Positions 1 to 12,287 of a DNA stretch of 64,000 nt are shown here, piece after piece (the first letter of the stretch is position 1; each line of letters opens with the position of its first letter). The stretch is from Anaeramoeba ignava BMAN (Eukaryota > Protista > Anaeramoebae). The stretch is from NCBI GenBank assembly GCA_028826165.1, contig JAPDFW010000141.1, positions 56,901 through 120,900 of the forward strand. Direction: 5' to 3'. The translations under genes and the position numbers were made by a program. The notes beneath the pieces are model-generated. The model made no database searches. It was not told the origin of the DNA and saw nothing but the letters and a program-made list of their open reading frames with translations.

Positions 1-60
1 TTTCAATTTCAATTTCAATTTCAATTTTAATTTTAATTTTAAAATTCCTATTTTTGAATT

Positions 61-1194
61 TTAATTAAAATTCGAACTCCAAAAATTTTGTTGTCTTGTT
101 TGAACTTTTCGGAAAACATTTTGAAAAGGATTAACTTTAGCTAATTTAAAATAATTAAAATTAAAATTAAAATTAAAATTAAAATAATAAATAATAATTT
201 TGATTAATAAACGAACATGTATTTGTTGATTTTTCTGGTTGTAAAACACCATTAACAGTTATATTAGAATCAGTTTTTTTTTGAATTTTTGTTCCACCTC
301 CAATTACACCAGTAATTTTACCTAAAAAAAAGAAATTAAAATAATAAAAATAAAATGAGAACCAAATTAAAATTAAAATTAAAATTGAAATTAAAATTAA
401 ATTTAAAATCAATATTGAAATTATAATTAAAATTAAAATTAAAATTAAAATTAAAATTGAAATTAAAATTTAAATTTATAATTAAAATTAAAATTAAAAT
501 TAAAATTATAATTAATATTAAAATTAAAATTAAAATCAAAATTAAAATTAAAATTGAAATTAAAATTAATATTGAAATTATAATTAAAATTAAAATTAAA
601 ATTAATATTTAAAATTAAAATTAAAATTAAAATTAAAATTAAAATTAAAATCAAATTTAAAATTAAAATTAAAATTTCATATTAAAATTAATATTTAAAT
701 TTATAATTGAAATTAAAATTTCATATTAAAATTAATATTTAAGTTTATAATTAAAATTTACCAGTTTTTTTTACTGGTTTTTTTTTCTCAGTTCCAAGTG
801 ATAAATCTACAAGAGAATCAACACCATCCCAAATAGAAGATTTTTTTTTTGGGTTTTCATAAGTTTCATTTTTTTCTTGAATTTGAACTTCCTGTTGAAT
901 ATTTGAATTATTTTGTTGAATTGGTTTAATAGGTTGCATTGGTTGCATTGGTTTCATTGGTTGTATAGGTTGCATTGGCTGCATTGGTTGCATTGGTTGA
1001 TATGGTTGTGTTTGATGAATTTGTTGCTCTTTATGATTCACTGTTTTTTCCTTTTTATTACTTTTTGATTGATTTTTTCTTCTTGGTTCAAAACTCTCTT
1101 TGCGTGCTCGAGGATTGAAATCATTATCTGGGTCTTGTTGTCTTGTTGTTTTATTTGTTCCTTCATATTGAACTCCAAATGGATCGAAATCCAT
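61..1194 (-). CDS. Low-complexity endocytic/trafficking adaptor-like protein resembling an epsin/EpsinR tail; predicted exons 1194-762, 321-217, 140-61
   Basis: ORF 751..1194 joins the frames of ORFs 179..412 and 61..252 through two phase-1 GT-AG introns (ACTG|gtaaat...tag|GT; ACAT|gttcgt...tag|CT). It carries DPF, DFNPR, QPM repeats, W...LVDLSL and NPF motifs. No ENTH domain seen. Confidence 0.55.
330..760. repeat. (AAAATT)n microsatellite filling an intron
   Basis: Visible tandem hexamer; source of the spurious ILIL/NFNF ORFs. Confidence 0.9.
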
Positions 1195-1444
1195 ATTAAT
1201 AATTTTTTTATTATTATTATTAAAAAAAAAAAGAAAATGAAAAAAATGAAAAAAATGAAAAAAAAAATTTAATAAATAATTTAATTGGGAAAAATATTTT
1301 TTTTCTTCTTTTTTTTTTTAAATTAAAAAAAAACCCCAAAACAAAAACAAAACAAAATTAAAAACAAAAACAAAAACAAAAACAAAATTAAATTAAAAAT
1401 TAAATTAAAAATCCAAAAATTAATTTTTTGATTTTATTTATTTA

Positions 1445-3908
1445 TCAATTTTTATTATTAGGTATTTCAATTCCCTTTATAATTTTTGATTTCTCTCTTT
1501 CTTCTTTTGTCATTAAATGACCAATTCTTGAATCAATTTCCAAAATTTGGAATTGAGGAATTTCTGAAATTTCTTGAATAGTTGAATGAAAATCATGCAA
1601 TTTCCCAGTTTTTGCTTCATATTTTAATGTTTCTCCTTTTGCCCAAGGATCATAAAGCAAAACTGATTGTTGTTTTTGATTTTGACTTCTAATTTCAACA
1701 TATCCTACAATACTTCTACTGTGTCCTGAATGTTGTAAAATCAATGGTGGTATTTCTTTATCTTGTTGTCTTGTGATATAATAATTTTTTACATAATCAA
1801 ATAAATAACTATGTTCTAAAATTTGATCTCTTTTTGGAAATTCATATATTTTGATTGGAATTCCAAAAAATTGAAAAAATGTTGCAAATTCAGTTGTTCC
1901 AATCCATGTATTTTTTCTTGATAAATAATTTAATGCTTTTGCTCCTTCTGGATCAAATCCTTCTCTAAATTTTTACATGAAATATTTAAATCAAAATTAA
2001 TATTTATATTAATATTTAAATTAATAATTAAATTAATATTTAAATTAATAATTAAATTAATATTTAAATTAGTATTTAAATTAATATTTAAATCAATATT
2101 TAAATCAAATATTTAAATTAATATTTAAATTAATAATTAAATTAATATTTAAATTAATATTTAAATTAATATTTAAATTAATATTTAAATTAATATTTAA
2201 ATCAAATATTTAAATTAATATTTAAATCAAATATTTAAATCAATATTTAAATCAAATATTTAAATCAAATATTTAAATCAAATATTTAAATCAAATATTT
2301 AAATCAAATATTTAAATCAAATATTTAAATCAAATATTTAAATCAAATATTTAAATCAAATATTTAAATCAAATATTTAAATCAAATATTTAAATTAATA
2401 TTTAAAATTAATATTTAAATTAATATTTAAATCAATAATTAAATCAAATATATAAATCAATATTTAAATTAAATATATAAATCAAATATTTAAATTAATA
2501 TTTAAATTAATATTTAAATTAATATTTAAATCAATATTTAAATTAATATATAAATCAATATTTAAATTAATATATAAACTAATATTTAAACTAATATTTA
2601 AATTAATATTTAAATCAAATATTTAAATTAATATTTAAATTAATATTTAAATTAATATTTAAATTAATATTTAAATTAATATTTAAATTAATATTTAAAT
2701 TAATATTTAAATCAAATATTTAAAATTAATATTTAAATTAATATTTAAATCAAATATTTAAATTAATATTTAAATTAATATTTAAATCAAATATTTAAAT
2801 TAATATTTAAATTAATATTTAAATCAAATATTTAAATCAATATTTAAATTAATATTTAAATTAATATTTAAATCAATATTTAAATTAATATTTAAATTAA
2901 TATTTAAATTAATATATAAAATCAATATTTAAATTAATATATAAACTAATATTTAAATTAATATTTAAATCAAATATTTAAATTAATATTTAAATTAATA
3001 TTTAAATCAATATTTAAATCAAATATTTAAATCAATATTTAAATCAATATTTAAATTAATATTTAAATTAATATTTAAATTAATATTTAAATTAATATAT
3101 AAATTAATAATTAAATCAAATATTTAAATTAATATTTAAATTAATATTTAAATCATATTTAAATTAATATTTAAATCAAATATTTAAATCAAATATTTAA
3201 ATCAAATATTTAAATCAAATATTTAAATCAAATATTTAAATCAAATATATAAATCAAATATTTAAATCAAATATTTAAATCAAATATTTAAATTAATATT
3301 TAAATTAATATTTAAATTAATATTTAAATTAATGATTGATTTACTTCCAAGATTTTTTAATTATATCTTGAAGTTGAGAAATAGATGAAATATTTAAATG
3401 GTGTGAATCAAATATTTCTTTATAAACTGGATAATTATATAAATGAGTTAGCATCATCTGAATATTTTTATAACCACAAGCCCAACCATAATCACTTTTA
3501 GTTGATTGAAAATGATTTGTATTTGTACTAAGAAACATTGTACAATCTGGTTGGGATTTTTGATCTTTTTCATAAGTATTTTTCATCATTTCAAGAATTC
3601 CAGAAGTTATAATAGTTTCTTTTGGAAATGATTTTGGATTTAAAAATGATCCAAAATTTTTAATTGAATTGAAAAATTTTCCAAATTCATTTTTATTTTT
3701 ATTTTTATTTTTGATTTTTATTTTGATTTTGATTTTGATTTTGATTTTGATTTTGATTTTGATTTTGATTTTGATTTTGATTTTGATTTTGATTTTGATC
3801 TTGATTTTGATCTTGTTGTGATAATTGATGAGCTAAAAGATGAGATTCAAGTTCTGATAAAGGAACAAATGAATAACATAATTCACAAAAAAATGTGTCT
3901 TTATCCAT
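1445..3908 (-). CDS. ZUP1: ZUP1/ZUFSP-like deubiquitinase (peptidase C78) with N-terminal UBZ-type zinc finger; exons 3908-3345 and 1964-1445
   Basis: Motifs CELC..SHLLAH, DYGWACGYKNIQM (catalytic Cys), GFDPEGA, WIGTTE, LQHSGHSRSIVG (His) and LLYDP (Asp). Intron TGGAA|gtaaat...tag|AGAA. One frameshift near 3700 in an A-rich run is probably a sequencing error. Confidence 0.85.
1980..3335. repeat. 12/13-bp tandem array (TTAATATTTAAA / TCAAATATTTAAA) forming the ZUP1 intron
   Basis: Visible tandem array between the predicted splice sites. Confidence 0.9.
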
Positions 3909-4078
3909 ATTTTTATTATAAAAAAGAAGAAAAAAAAAGAAAGAAAAAAATGAAAATTAAATTTTTTTTTTTGTTTTTAAATTTTTTTTTGTATTTGTTT
4001 TTATTCTTAAAATTTTAAAAATAAAAAATTTCATTTTTATTTTTTCTTTTTTCTTTTTCTTATTTTTAATAAAAAGAA

Positions 4079-7000
4079 ATGTTAGAATTTATTGAAGAAA
4101 CAAAAACAGAAACAAATTCAATATTAAATAAACTTTTACAAAGTATTGAAAAAGAAGAAATTGAAGAAATTGAAAAAATCATTTCGGAACATAAAAAAGC
4201 AGAAAACTTAACTGAACCACTTAATCTTAATACACCACTTCATTTTGCATGTAAATTAGGAAAAAAAGAAGTTGTTGAATTATTTTTGAAATATGAAGCT
4301 GACGTAAATTTTCAAAATGATGATAATCAAAATTGTTTGCATATCGTGACTATGAATTCAAATTCACCTCAAATAATTAATCTTTTATTATCAAAAGGTG
4401 CTCAGATTTTTAAGGATAGATTTGGTAATTCTCCGTTAATTTATTCTTTATCTCGGAATATTAATCTTGAATCAATTAAATTACTTCTTGAAAATGGTGG
4501 AAATATTAATGAAACTGTAAATAATTTTTGAAATGAATTCAAAAGAATATTAAATTGAATTGAATTAAATATTGAATTGAATTGAATATTGAATTGAATT
4601 GAATATTAAATTAAATATTGAATTGAATTGAATATTAAATTGAATATTGAATTGAATATTGAATTAAATATTGAAATGAATATTGAATTAAATATTGAAA
4701 TGAATTGAATATTGAATTGAATATTGATTTGAATTGAATATTGAATATTAAATATTGAATTGAATATTGAATTGAATTGAATTGAATATTGAATTGAATT
4801 GAATATTAAATTGAATATTTAATTGGAATTGAAATGAATATTGAATGAATATTGAATTGAATATTAAATTGAATATTGAAATATTAAATATTGAATTGAA
4901 ATTGAATTGAATATTGAATATTGAAATGAATGAATATTGAATTGGAATTGAATATTGAATTGAATATTGAATTGAATTGAAATCAAAATTAAATAAATAT
5001 TGAAATTGAATTGAATATTTGAAATTGAATTAGGTAAAATTGAATATTAAGTGAATATTGAATATTAAATTGAATATTGAATTGAATATTGAATATTAAA
5101 TTAAATTAAAATTGAACAAAATATTTGAATACAAATTAAATATTAAATATGAAAAATTGAATTAATTGAATGAATGAATTGGAATTGAATTGAATATTGG
5201 GAATTGGTGAATTGAATGAATTGAAAATTGAAATTGAATATTGAATATTGAATCGAATATTGAATTGGGTGAATATTGAATATTGAATCGAATGAATTGA
5301 ATTGAATCGAATTGAATATTGAATATTGAATTGAATATTGAATATTAAATTGAATATTGAATTGAATATTGGTGAATATTAAATTGAATATTTGAATATT
5401 GAATCAAAATTGAAATGAATATTGAATATTGAAATTATTGAATTGAATATGAATATGAATATTGAATATTGAATATTGAATTGAATATTGAAATTTGAAA
5501 TTGAATATTGGAATTAAAATAAAATTGAATATTGAATATTGAATTGAATATTGAAATTGAATTGAAATTGAATATTGAATGAATTGAATTGAATATTGAA
5601 TTGAATTAAATATTGAAATTGAATATTGAATTGAATATTAAATTGAATATTAAATTGAATTGAATATTGAATTAAATATGAATATTGAATATTTGAATTG
5701 AATTGAATATTGAATTGAATATTAAATTAAATTGAATATTTGAATATTGAATTGAATATTGAAATTTGAAAAATTGAAATTTTTAATTGAATATTGAATT
5801 GAATATTAAATTAAATTTGAATTGAATTGAATAAAATTGAATTTGTTGGATTTTTTAATATTAAATTTGTTTAATTTTTTAATATTAAATTTGTTAATTT
5901 TTAATATTAAATTTGTTAAATTTTTTAATATTAAATTTGTTGGATTTTTTAATATTAAATTTGTTAAATTAGGATAAGAAAAAAACTCCCTTGTTATTTA
6001 TCGCAATCACAAAAACAAAAGATATTGAAATTTTAAAATATCTCATTTCAAAAGGTGCAAACCCAAAAGAAATTAACAAAGATGTATCCCTTCTAGAATT
6101 AGCAATACTTTCTCATTCATCAATAGAAATCATTCAATTCCTCATCAATTTAGGAATAGATCCAAAAAGAAAATCCAGAAAAGGATTTGATTCTCTATTC
6201 CACGCTCTTAAAAACAAAAGCGAATATGAAGTTATCAAATTATTGCTTTCATACGGATTTGAAATTATGCCAAAAGACTTAAACAGAGATACACCAATCC
6301 AAAATTGTATAAGATCCAAAACAGAAATCAAAATATTAGAATTGCTTTTATCTCACACAACAAAGGAAGAAATTGAGAATTATCCAAAAGAAAATTTAAT
6401 TCAGTTTGCTCTTTCATGCAATGCATCAATCGAAGTTATTGAAAAATTGATTAGTTTTGGTGTGCCAATTAACGTAGAACATCCAACAAAAGGAACAGCT
6501 TTAAGACAAGTCTTTGAAAGGCAACTCGAGAAATCTTATATTAAAATATTGCTTGAAAATGGAGCCTTGGTCAAAGAACCCAAAAATGACGAAGAAACCA
6601 AACAAGCTTTGCAATCAACTCTTCACTCAATCATCAAATCCACTTCTGAAACTTCCTTTGTGGATTTACTACTTAAAAAAGGAGCAGTTGTTTCATCAGA
6701 ACTTATTCCAGATGCATTAAGAAATTTCCCAATGTTCGAATACATTTGCCAATTCGCGCAGCCTGATATCAAATGGGAAAACTACACATACCAATTTTTC
6801 ATCTTTAGTAAAAAAAGAACTTTGGAAGAAGTCAAGTTTTTTGCTTCACTCTTCAAAGATATCAATGTAATCGATGATACAGAACGCACACTTCTTCATT
6901 ATGCTTGCAGAAACAGGTATTTCACACCTGAAATGCTGGAGTTTTTGATTTCAAAAGGCGCAGATATAAATAAGATTAATGATTCAAGAGATACTCCTTT

Positions 7001-8172
7001 CCAATTATTTTTAACTAGCAACACACCCAAATTCTATGAAAAACATGTTGAACAATGCAAAGAAATGATCCAAATTTTTTTGAAAAACGGAGCAAAAGTG
7101 AATATAAGAGATAACGAAAACGGAAATCATGTTCTTCATCAAGCAGGTTGGTATGGATGTCTAAATCCTGAAATATGGAAGATGCTAATTCCTCATTTGG
7201 GTATTGATTAAAATCCACAAAAACAAAATCCAAAATAGATTTATTCATTAATTTTATAAATTTTTAGAATGTCTTGACCCTTTAAATAACTATTTCCAAA
7301 CTCCTCTTAGATTATATCAATTCATCTTCAAAACAAATTCAATGACAAACGAAGACCAAAAAAAATCTTTTCCAGAAATGATAAAATTCCTCCAAAAATA
7401 CCAATCTTATTCAAACGACTTCCTCAAATTATTGGAAAGACAAGAGTTCTGCGATCTCGAAGTGGAGTTTATTTGCGGAACAAAATACTCTTTCCACAAA
7501 TTAATCATTGGAAAAAGAATTGGGAAAGAAAACATCCCCAAATTCGCCAATTTATGCAAAGAAAAAACAAAACAAGAAATGGATTTTATAATAAGATGGA
7601 TTTATTCAGGATTTTTTAATGATGAAAAATTCAGAGAAAAACAAATTGAAGAGTATTTTTTGTTTGTGGAAAATGGAGGAGATACTTACAATGCATTTGA
7701 TAACGCATATGAACTAATTCTTAATCAAGACGAGAAAGCCTTTACAGAAATTTTGGAAACACTCACAAAATTGGATATCATCAAAACAAAAGAGGAAATG
7801 AAATCAAAATCGGAAACATCAGGATTTATTAATGAAATGAAGAATTTATATTTGGAAGATGAAAGTAAAGATTTCATAATTGTGTCAAACAACGAGGAGA
7901 TCAAGGTTCACAAAACAATTTTACTTGCAAGAAGCGAGCTGTTTCGAGGCATGTTTTTATCAGTTACAGATGACACATCCAATAAAGTGAGTGATTATAG
8001 TGGAAAAAGCACTCAGGCAATAAAGCAGTTGATTAGGTTTCTTTATTGTGATAATTTTGATGGGAATCTTTCTGATGAAGTTATTGAAGATTTGGAAGAG
8101 CTTTCTATTTATTATCAATTAAATCAAGAATCAGAATTTTTGGATTTTCTTGAATTAAAAAAAGAAAATTAA
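4079..8172 (+). CDS. Ankyrin-repeat + BTB/POZ protein; exons 4079-4516, 5973-7200, 7268-8172
   Basis: TPLHFAC/LLHYAC ankyrin repeats. C-terminal BTB (KDFIIV..EIKVHKTILLARSELFRGMF) preceded by a split BTB-like segment. Frame-consistent introns GAAACT|gtaaat...ag|GAT and TTGG|gtattg...tag|AA. Confidence 0.85.
4545..5840. repeat. Degenerate (ATTGA/ATTGAAT)n array inside an intron
   Basis: Visible tandem repeat. Confidence 0.9.
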
Positions 8173-8540
8173 AATTAAAATTCATTTATAAAATTAAAAT
8201 TAAAATTCATTTATAAATTAAAATTAAAAATTAAAATTAAAATTAAAATTCATTTATAAAATTAAAATTAAAATTCATTTATAAAATTAAAATTGAAATT
8301 AAAATTAAAATTGAAATTAAAATTAAAATTAAAATTAAAATTAAAATTAAAATTAAAATTAAAATTAAAATTAAAATTAGAATTAAAATTAGAATTAAAA
8401 TTAAAATTAAAATTAGAATTAAAATTAAAATTAAAATTAAAATTAAAATTCATTTATAAAATTAAAATTGAAATTAAAATTAAAATTGAAATTAAAATTA
8501 AAATTAAAATTAAAATTAAAATCAAAATTAAAAATTAAAA
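8170..8540. repeat. (AAAATT)n intergenic microsatellite
   Basis: Visible tandem hexamer. Confidence 0.9.
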
Positions 8541-8666
8541 AGTGAAAAATTTCTTTTCTCTCTTTTGAAAGTAAAATTTTTTTTTTGCTTTTGAAATTTT
8601 TTTTTTTATTTTTTTATTTAAATCTTTTTTTTTTGGTTTTTAAATTGAGAAAAACAAATTAGCAAA

Positions 8667-11600
8667 ATGTTCGATTCTTACAATTCATATGATCCAAAAA
8701 GAGAGAAGAAAATGGATGTTTGGAGAGCAATAAACGAGCAAAACAAAGAATTTCTGAATAACATTCAATCCTTTTTCGGAATTGACATAAAAAACCATTA
8801 CAGTCAATCAACACTTCATTATGCAAGTGATTGCAGATGTGAGCAAGAAATTTATGAAATTTTACTCGCTAAGGGAGCAGACGTCAATTCGAGAGACGAT
8901 CAACGAAGAACACCACTTCATTCTGCTTGTAGCGGAGGTGTCAGTGTCGGTATTGTTGAATTGCTTATAAACAACGATGCGAATGTCAATGCCAAGGACT
9001 CTTACGGACAAACACCTCTCCATCTTGCTTGCTCAAACCGCAGCAGTGGCGAGTTGGTTGCGTTTCTTCTTCTGAGCGGTGCCAATGTCAACGATGCAGA
9101 TTCTGATGGAAAAACGCCATTGATGTATGCTCTTGACTACAGTCCTGACAACAACATCATCAACTTACTTCTTGACAAAGGTGCCGACGTTAACATGAAA
9201 ACGCAGGGCAACATAACTGCTCTTCATTTCTGTTGCATGTCATATTCTTCAACAGTGTCAAAAGAGGTTGCCAAAAAACTGATCCAAAAAACCGAAAACA
9301 TTAACGCCGAAGACCAAAGCAAATACACACCGCTTCATTATGCCTGCAGTTCACAAAGCAACTCAATGCTCGCAGAGCTTTTGATCGAGGCAGGTGCTGA
9401 TATCAATGCCAAAACAGACTACCTGCAAACGCCACTTCATTTGGCATGCACTTCTTCGCAAATGATCGATGTGATCAAACTCCTGATCCAAAAAGGTGTT
9501 GACATTAACGCCAAAGACGATTCACAACGAACCGCTCTCCACTATTATGTTCAAAACGAGCCAAAAATTGAGATTGTCAAACTGTTCATTGATTCTGGAG
9601 CTGATCTAAACGCGCTTGACTCAAGCAATATGACACCAATGCAATGTGCCTGCGAGTACAATACAGACGTCAAAATTATAGATCTTCTCATCACAAGTGG
9701 CGCCAATCTTCAGAACACAGGAGACACCGATGCGCCTAGAAGATCCGCTTTGCATCAAGCTTGCGATTATGACGCAAAATTGCCTGTTGTCAAATTTCTC
9801 GTCAACAAAGGTGCCAATGTCAATGAACTTGATGAAGACGGAAGAATCCCACTTCATTATGCTTGTTTGAGTAATTGCGACATTAGCATCATCAAATTCC
9901 TCGTTTCAAAAGGATCAAAGATAAATACTCCTGATCGAGAGGGAAACACTCCATTCATGTACTCGTTGATGAGTGCTTACGACAAAAGGGACACTCCCAA
10001 ATTTTTACTCAAAAAGGGAGCAGATGTTAAACTGGCAAACAACGAGCAACGAACACCACTTCATTATGCATGCGAACTTTCAGAATCGTTTGAGCTTGTC
10101 AAAGCCATCGTCAACAAGAAAGCAGATGTCAACGCCAAAGACAACTACCAAAAAACACCTCTTCACAGCGTTTTCTACTACGGCAGCGAACGTAATCTCA
10201 ACACGGTCAAATTTCTACTCTCGAAAGGAGCAGACATCAACGCCAAGGATTCGGATCAGATGACACCTTTCCATAATGCGTGCCAATCCACAATAACAAA
10301 GGAAATGATGCAGTTGTTGATGAAGTACAAACCAGATGTCAATGCCAAAAGCAGCGAAGGTATGACTCCACTTCACATGATGGCGTACAACCAAGAAAAC
10401 ACTGAGATCATGAAGATACTCATCAACGCCGGAGCAGATGTCAATGCCGAAGACAACGAGAAACGCAGACCACTGCATTTGGTTAGCTCATCGAATTGTC
10501 TTGAAATGATGAAGATTTTGATCGAGAAAAAGGCGGAAATCAACGCGAGAGATCAGGATCAAAAAACACCTCTTCATCACGTGTGCCAAAGTTGGGCAAC
10601 AGAGGAAATGGCGAAGTATTTGGTCGAGAAAGGCGCAGAAGTTAATGTTTTTGACACTGACAACAACACACCTCTTTTGTATGCGTGCATGTCAAACATG
10701 ACAGAGATTATCAAGTTTCTAATTGGGAAAGGAGCAGATATCAATGTCTGCAATACAAACGACAAACGAACACCACTCCATTATATTGTATGCGAGAACA
10801 ATGTCGAACTTGTGAAGATGGTAATCAATGACAAAACAGACATTAACGCTCGTGACATTGAAAACCGAACACCGTTGCATCACAGTCTAAACTACAACTC
10901 CAACGAGGAGATTGTGAAGATTCTTCTCGATCTCGGCGCAGAAGTCAACGCCAAAACCCTTGAAGATCAAACACCGCTTTTTGTTGCTCTTTATTCTGAT
11001 GCGAAACTTCCTGTTATCAAGCTTCTTGTCGAGCGTGGCGCAGAAATCAACACCAAAACAAAAGACAACCAAACACCTCTCCACTACGCATGCCAGTATC
11101 ATCCGCCCGAAATTGCCGAATACCTCCTTGAAAAAGGCGCAGAAGTCAACGTGCGAAATAACGATGGACACACACCACTTGCATATGCTTGTATGTCAAC
11201 AAACCGCGCTGTCATCAAGCTTCTTCTTTCCTACGACGCAAACATCAACGAGATCAATCGCGATGAGATCAACGAGGATATCGTCTACTTATCCAAGATT
11301 TACTACTCTGTCATCGATGACACAAACGAGCTCCTCAAATCAGGAAACTTCTCCGACTTCGAAATTGAACTCAATGACTTGTCAAAAGTTCCTGTTCATA
11401 AATTCTTCATTTTCACAAGACTCGGTATTTCTGATGAAAAAGACCCGCTTTTCGAGAAATTCATCAAAAACTGCAAGGAACAAAACAAGCGCATCGCAAA
11501 CTTCGCTCTCAATTTCCTTTACACTGGATTCATCCACTTCGATAAGTACAAAGAACGCGCAGAAACCATTCTTGAGGACAAAGCTTCCATCGATTACTAC

Positions 11601-12161
11601 AACAGATCCTACGAAGAGCAGAACGAAATGCGCGAGAAAGAGCGCGAAGAAAAGCTACTCGAAGTTGAAGAGCAGGATGAAATGAAACAGTTCTTCGCCA
11701 AAATTGGTCTGGATGAGCAATGGATCAAATCCAAACAGGGAAGAAGAGGTCTTCTCAAGGATTTCAAGCGCTTGTATGAAGACCAATCCTCAAAAGACTT
11801 CACTATCATCTCCCACGACAAAGAAATCCTCGTCCACAAACTCATCCTCATTATCCGCAGTGGTTTATACAAAGGAATGTTCCTCAATGTTGTTGACGAT
11901 TCAAACAAAGTCAACGACTATTCCGATAAGTCTTTTGAAGCACTTAATGACTTGATTTACTTTATTTATCACGATGAACTTCCTGATGGAACCACAAAGG
12001 AAATTATGGAGGAATTGAATGATGCAAAGGATTATTATCAACTCAATGAAAATTCCTATCTTAACATGAATTTACTTGATTTGATCTCCAAAAACACTGA
12101 AGCAATTGATGAATCAGATCATTACCGAAGAGACGATTCATCCTATGATTCAGATTTTTAA
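8667..12161 (+). CDS. Intronless ankyrin-repeat (about 24 repeats) + BTB/POZ protein, 1164 aa
   Basis: Continuous ORF of 34-aa TPLHYAC..GADVNAKD repeats, then SDFEI..VHKF and KDFTII..VHKLILIIRSGLYKGMF BTB segments. Confidence 0.95.
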   Translation: MFDSYNSYDPKREKKMDVWRAINEQNKEFLNNIQSFFGIDIKNHYSQSTLHYASDCRCEQEIYEILLAKGADVNSRDDQRRTPLHSACSGGVSVGIVELLINNDANVNAKDSYGQTPLHLACSNRSSGELVAFLLLSGANVNDADSDGKTPLMYALDYSPDNNIINLLLDKGADVNMKTQGNITALHFCCMSYSSTVSKEVAKKLIQKTENINAEDQSKYTPLHYACSSQSNSMLAELLIEAGADINAKTDYLQTPLHLACTSSQMIDVIKLLIQKGVDINAKDDSQRTALHYYVQNEPKIEIVKLFIDSGADLNALDSSNMTPMQCACEYNTDVKIIDLLITSGANLQNTGDTDAPRRSALHQACDYDAKLPVVKFLVNKGANVNELDEDGRIPLHYACLSNCDISIIKFLVSKGSKINTPDREGNTPFMYSLMSAYDKRDTPKFLLKKGADVKLANNEQRTPLHYACELSESFELVKAIVNKKADVNAKDNYQKTPLHSVFYYGSERNLNTVKFLLSKGADINAKDSDQMTPFHNACQSTITKEMMQLLMKYKPDVNAKSSEGMTPLHMMAYNQENTEIMKILINAGADVNAEDNEKRRPLHLVSSSNCLEMMKILIEKKAEINARDQDQKTPLHHVCQSWATEEMAKYLVEKGAEVNVFDTDNNTPLLYACMSNMTEIIKFLIGKGADINVCNTNDKRTPLHYIVCENNVELVKMVINDKTDINARDIENRTPLHHSLNYNSNEEIVKILLDLGAEVNAKTLEDQTPLFVALYSDAKLPVIKLLVERGAEINTKTKDNQTPLHYACQYHPPEIAEYLLEKGAEVNVRNNDGHTPLAYACMSTNRAVIKLLLSYDANINEINRDEINEDIVYLSKIYYSVIDDTNELLKSGNFSDFEIELNDLSKVPVHKFFIFTRLGISDEKDPLFEKFIKNCKEQNKRIANFALNFLYTGFIHFDKYKERAETILEDKASIDYYNRSYEEQNEMREKEREEKLLEVEEQDEMKQFFAKIGLDEQWIKSKQGRRGLLKDFKRLYEDQSSKDFTIISHDKEILVHKLILIIRSGLYKGMFLNVVDDSNKVNDYSDKSFEALNDLIYFIYHDELPDGTTKEIMEELNDAKDYYQLNENSYLNMNLLDLISKNTEAIDESDHYRRDDSSYDSDF

Positions 12162-12287
12162 TCAAAATTCATTTAAAAAATTTTAATTAATAATGAAAGT
12201 CTTTATTAATTTTGATGAATTCTTCTCAAATAAAAAAAAAACATTTTCATTTTCATTTTCATTTCCTTTTTTTTTTAAACATAAAAA

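Noticed and set aside
336-654. ORFs of ILIL/NFNF/KLKL/YIYI/FDFD type here and at 8268-8538, 33200-33475, 35325-36273, 41431-42480, 45142-45444 and 51330-52428
   Set aside because: Translations of stop-free hexamer or 11-mer microsatellites, not genes.
3690-3720. Stop codon after the QN tract of ZUP1 as a recoding or pseudogene signal
   Set aside because: A single indel in an A-rich run restores a gene with intact catalytic motifs. Other genes end in TAA/TGA normally, so there is no evidence of an alternative genetic code.
5031-5040. TAG|GTAAA inside the long intron as a recursive splice site
   Set aside because: Single occurrence in a noisy, degenerate repeat tract; not distinguishable from chance or sequencing error.
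9621-11955. Overlapping alternative-frame and antisense ORFs inside the ankyrin-BTB gene
   Set aside because: Expected shadows of a GC-richer coding region; no motifs.
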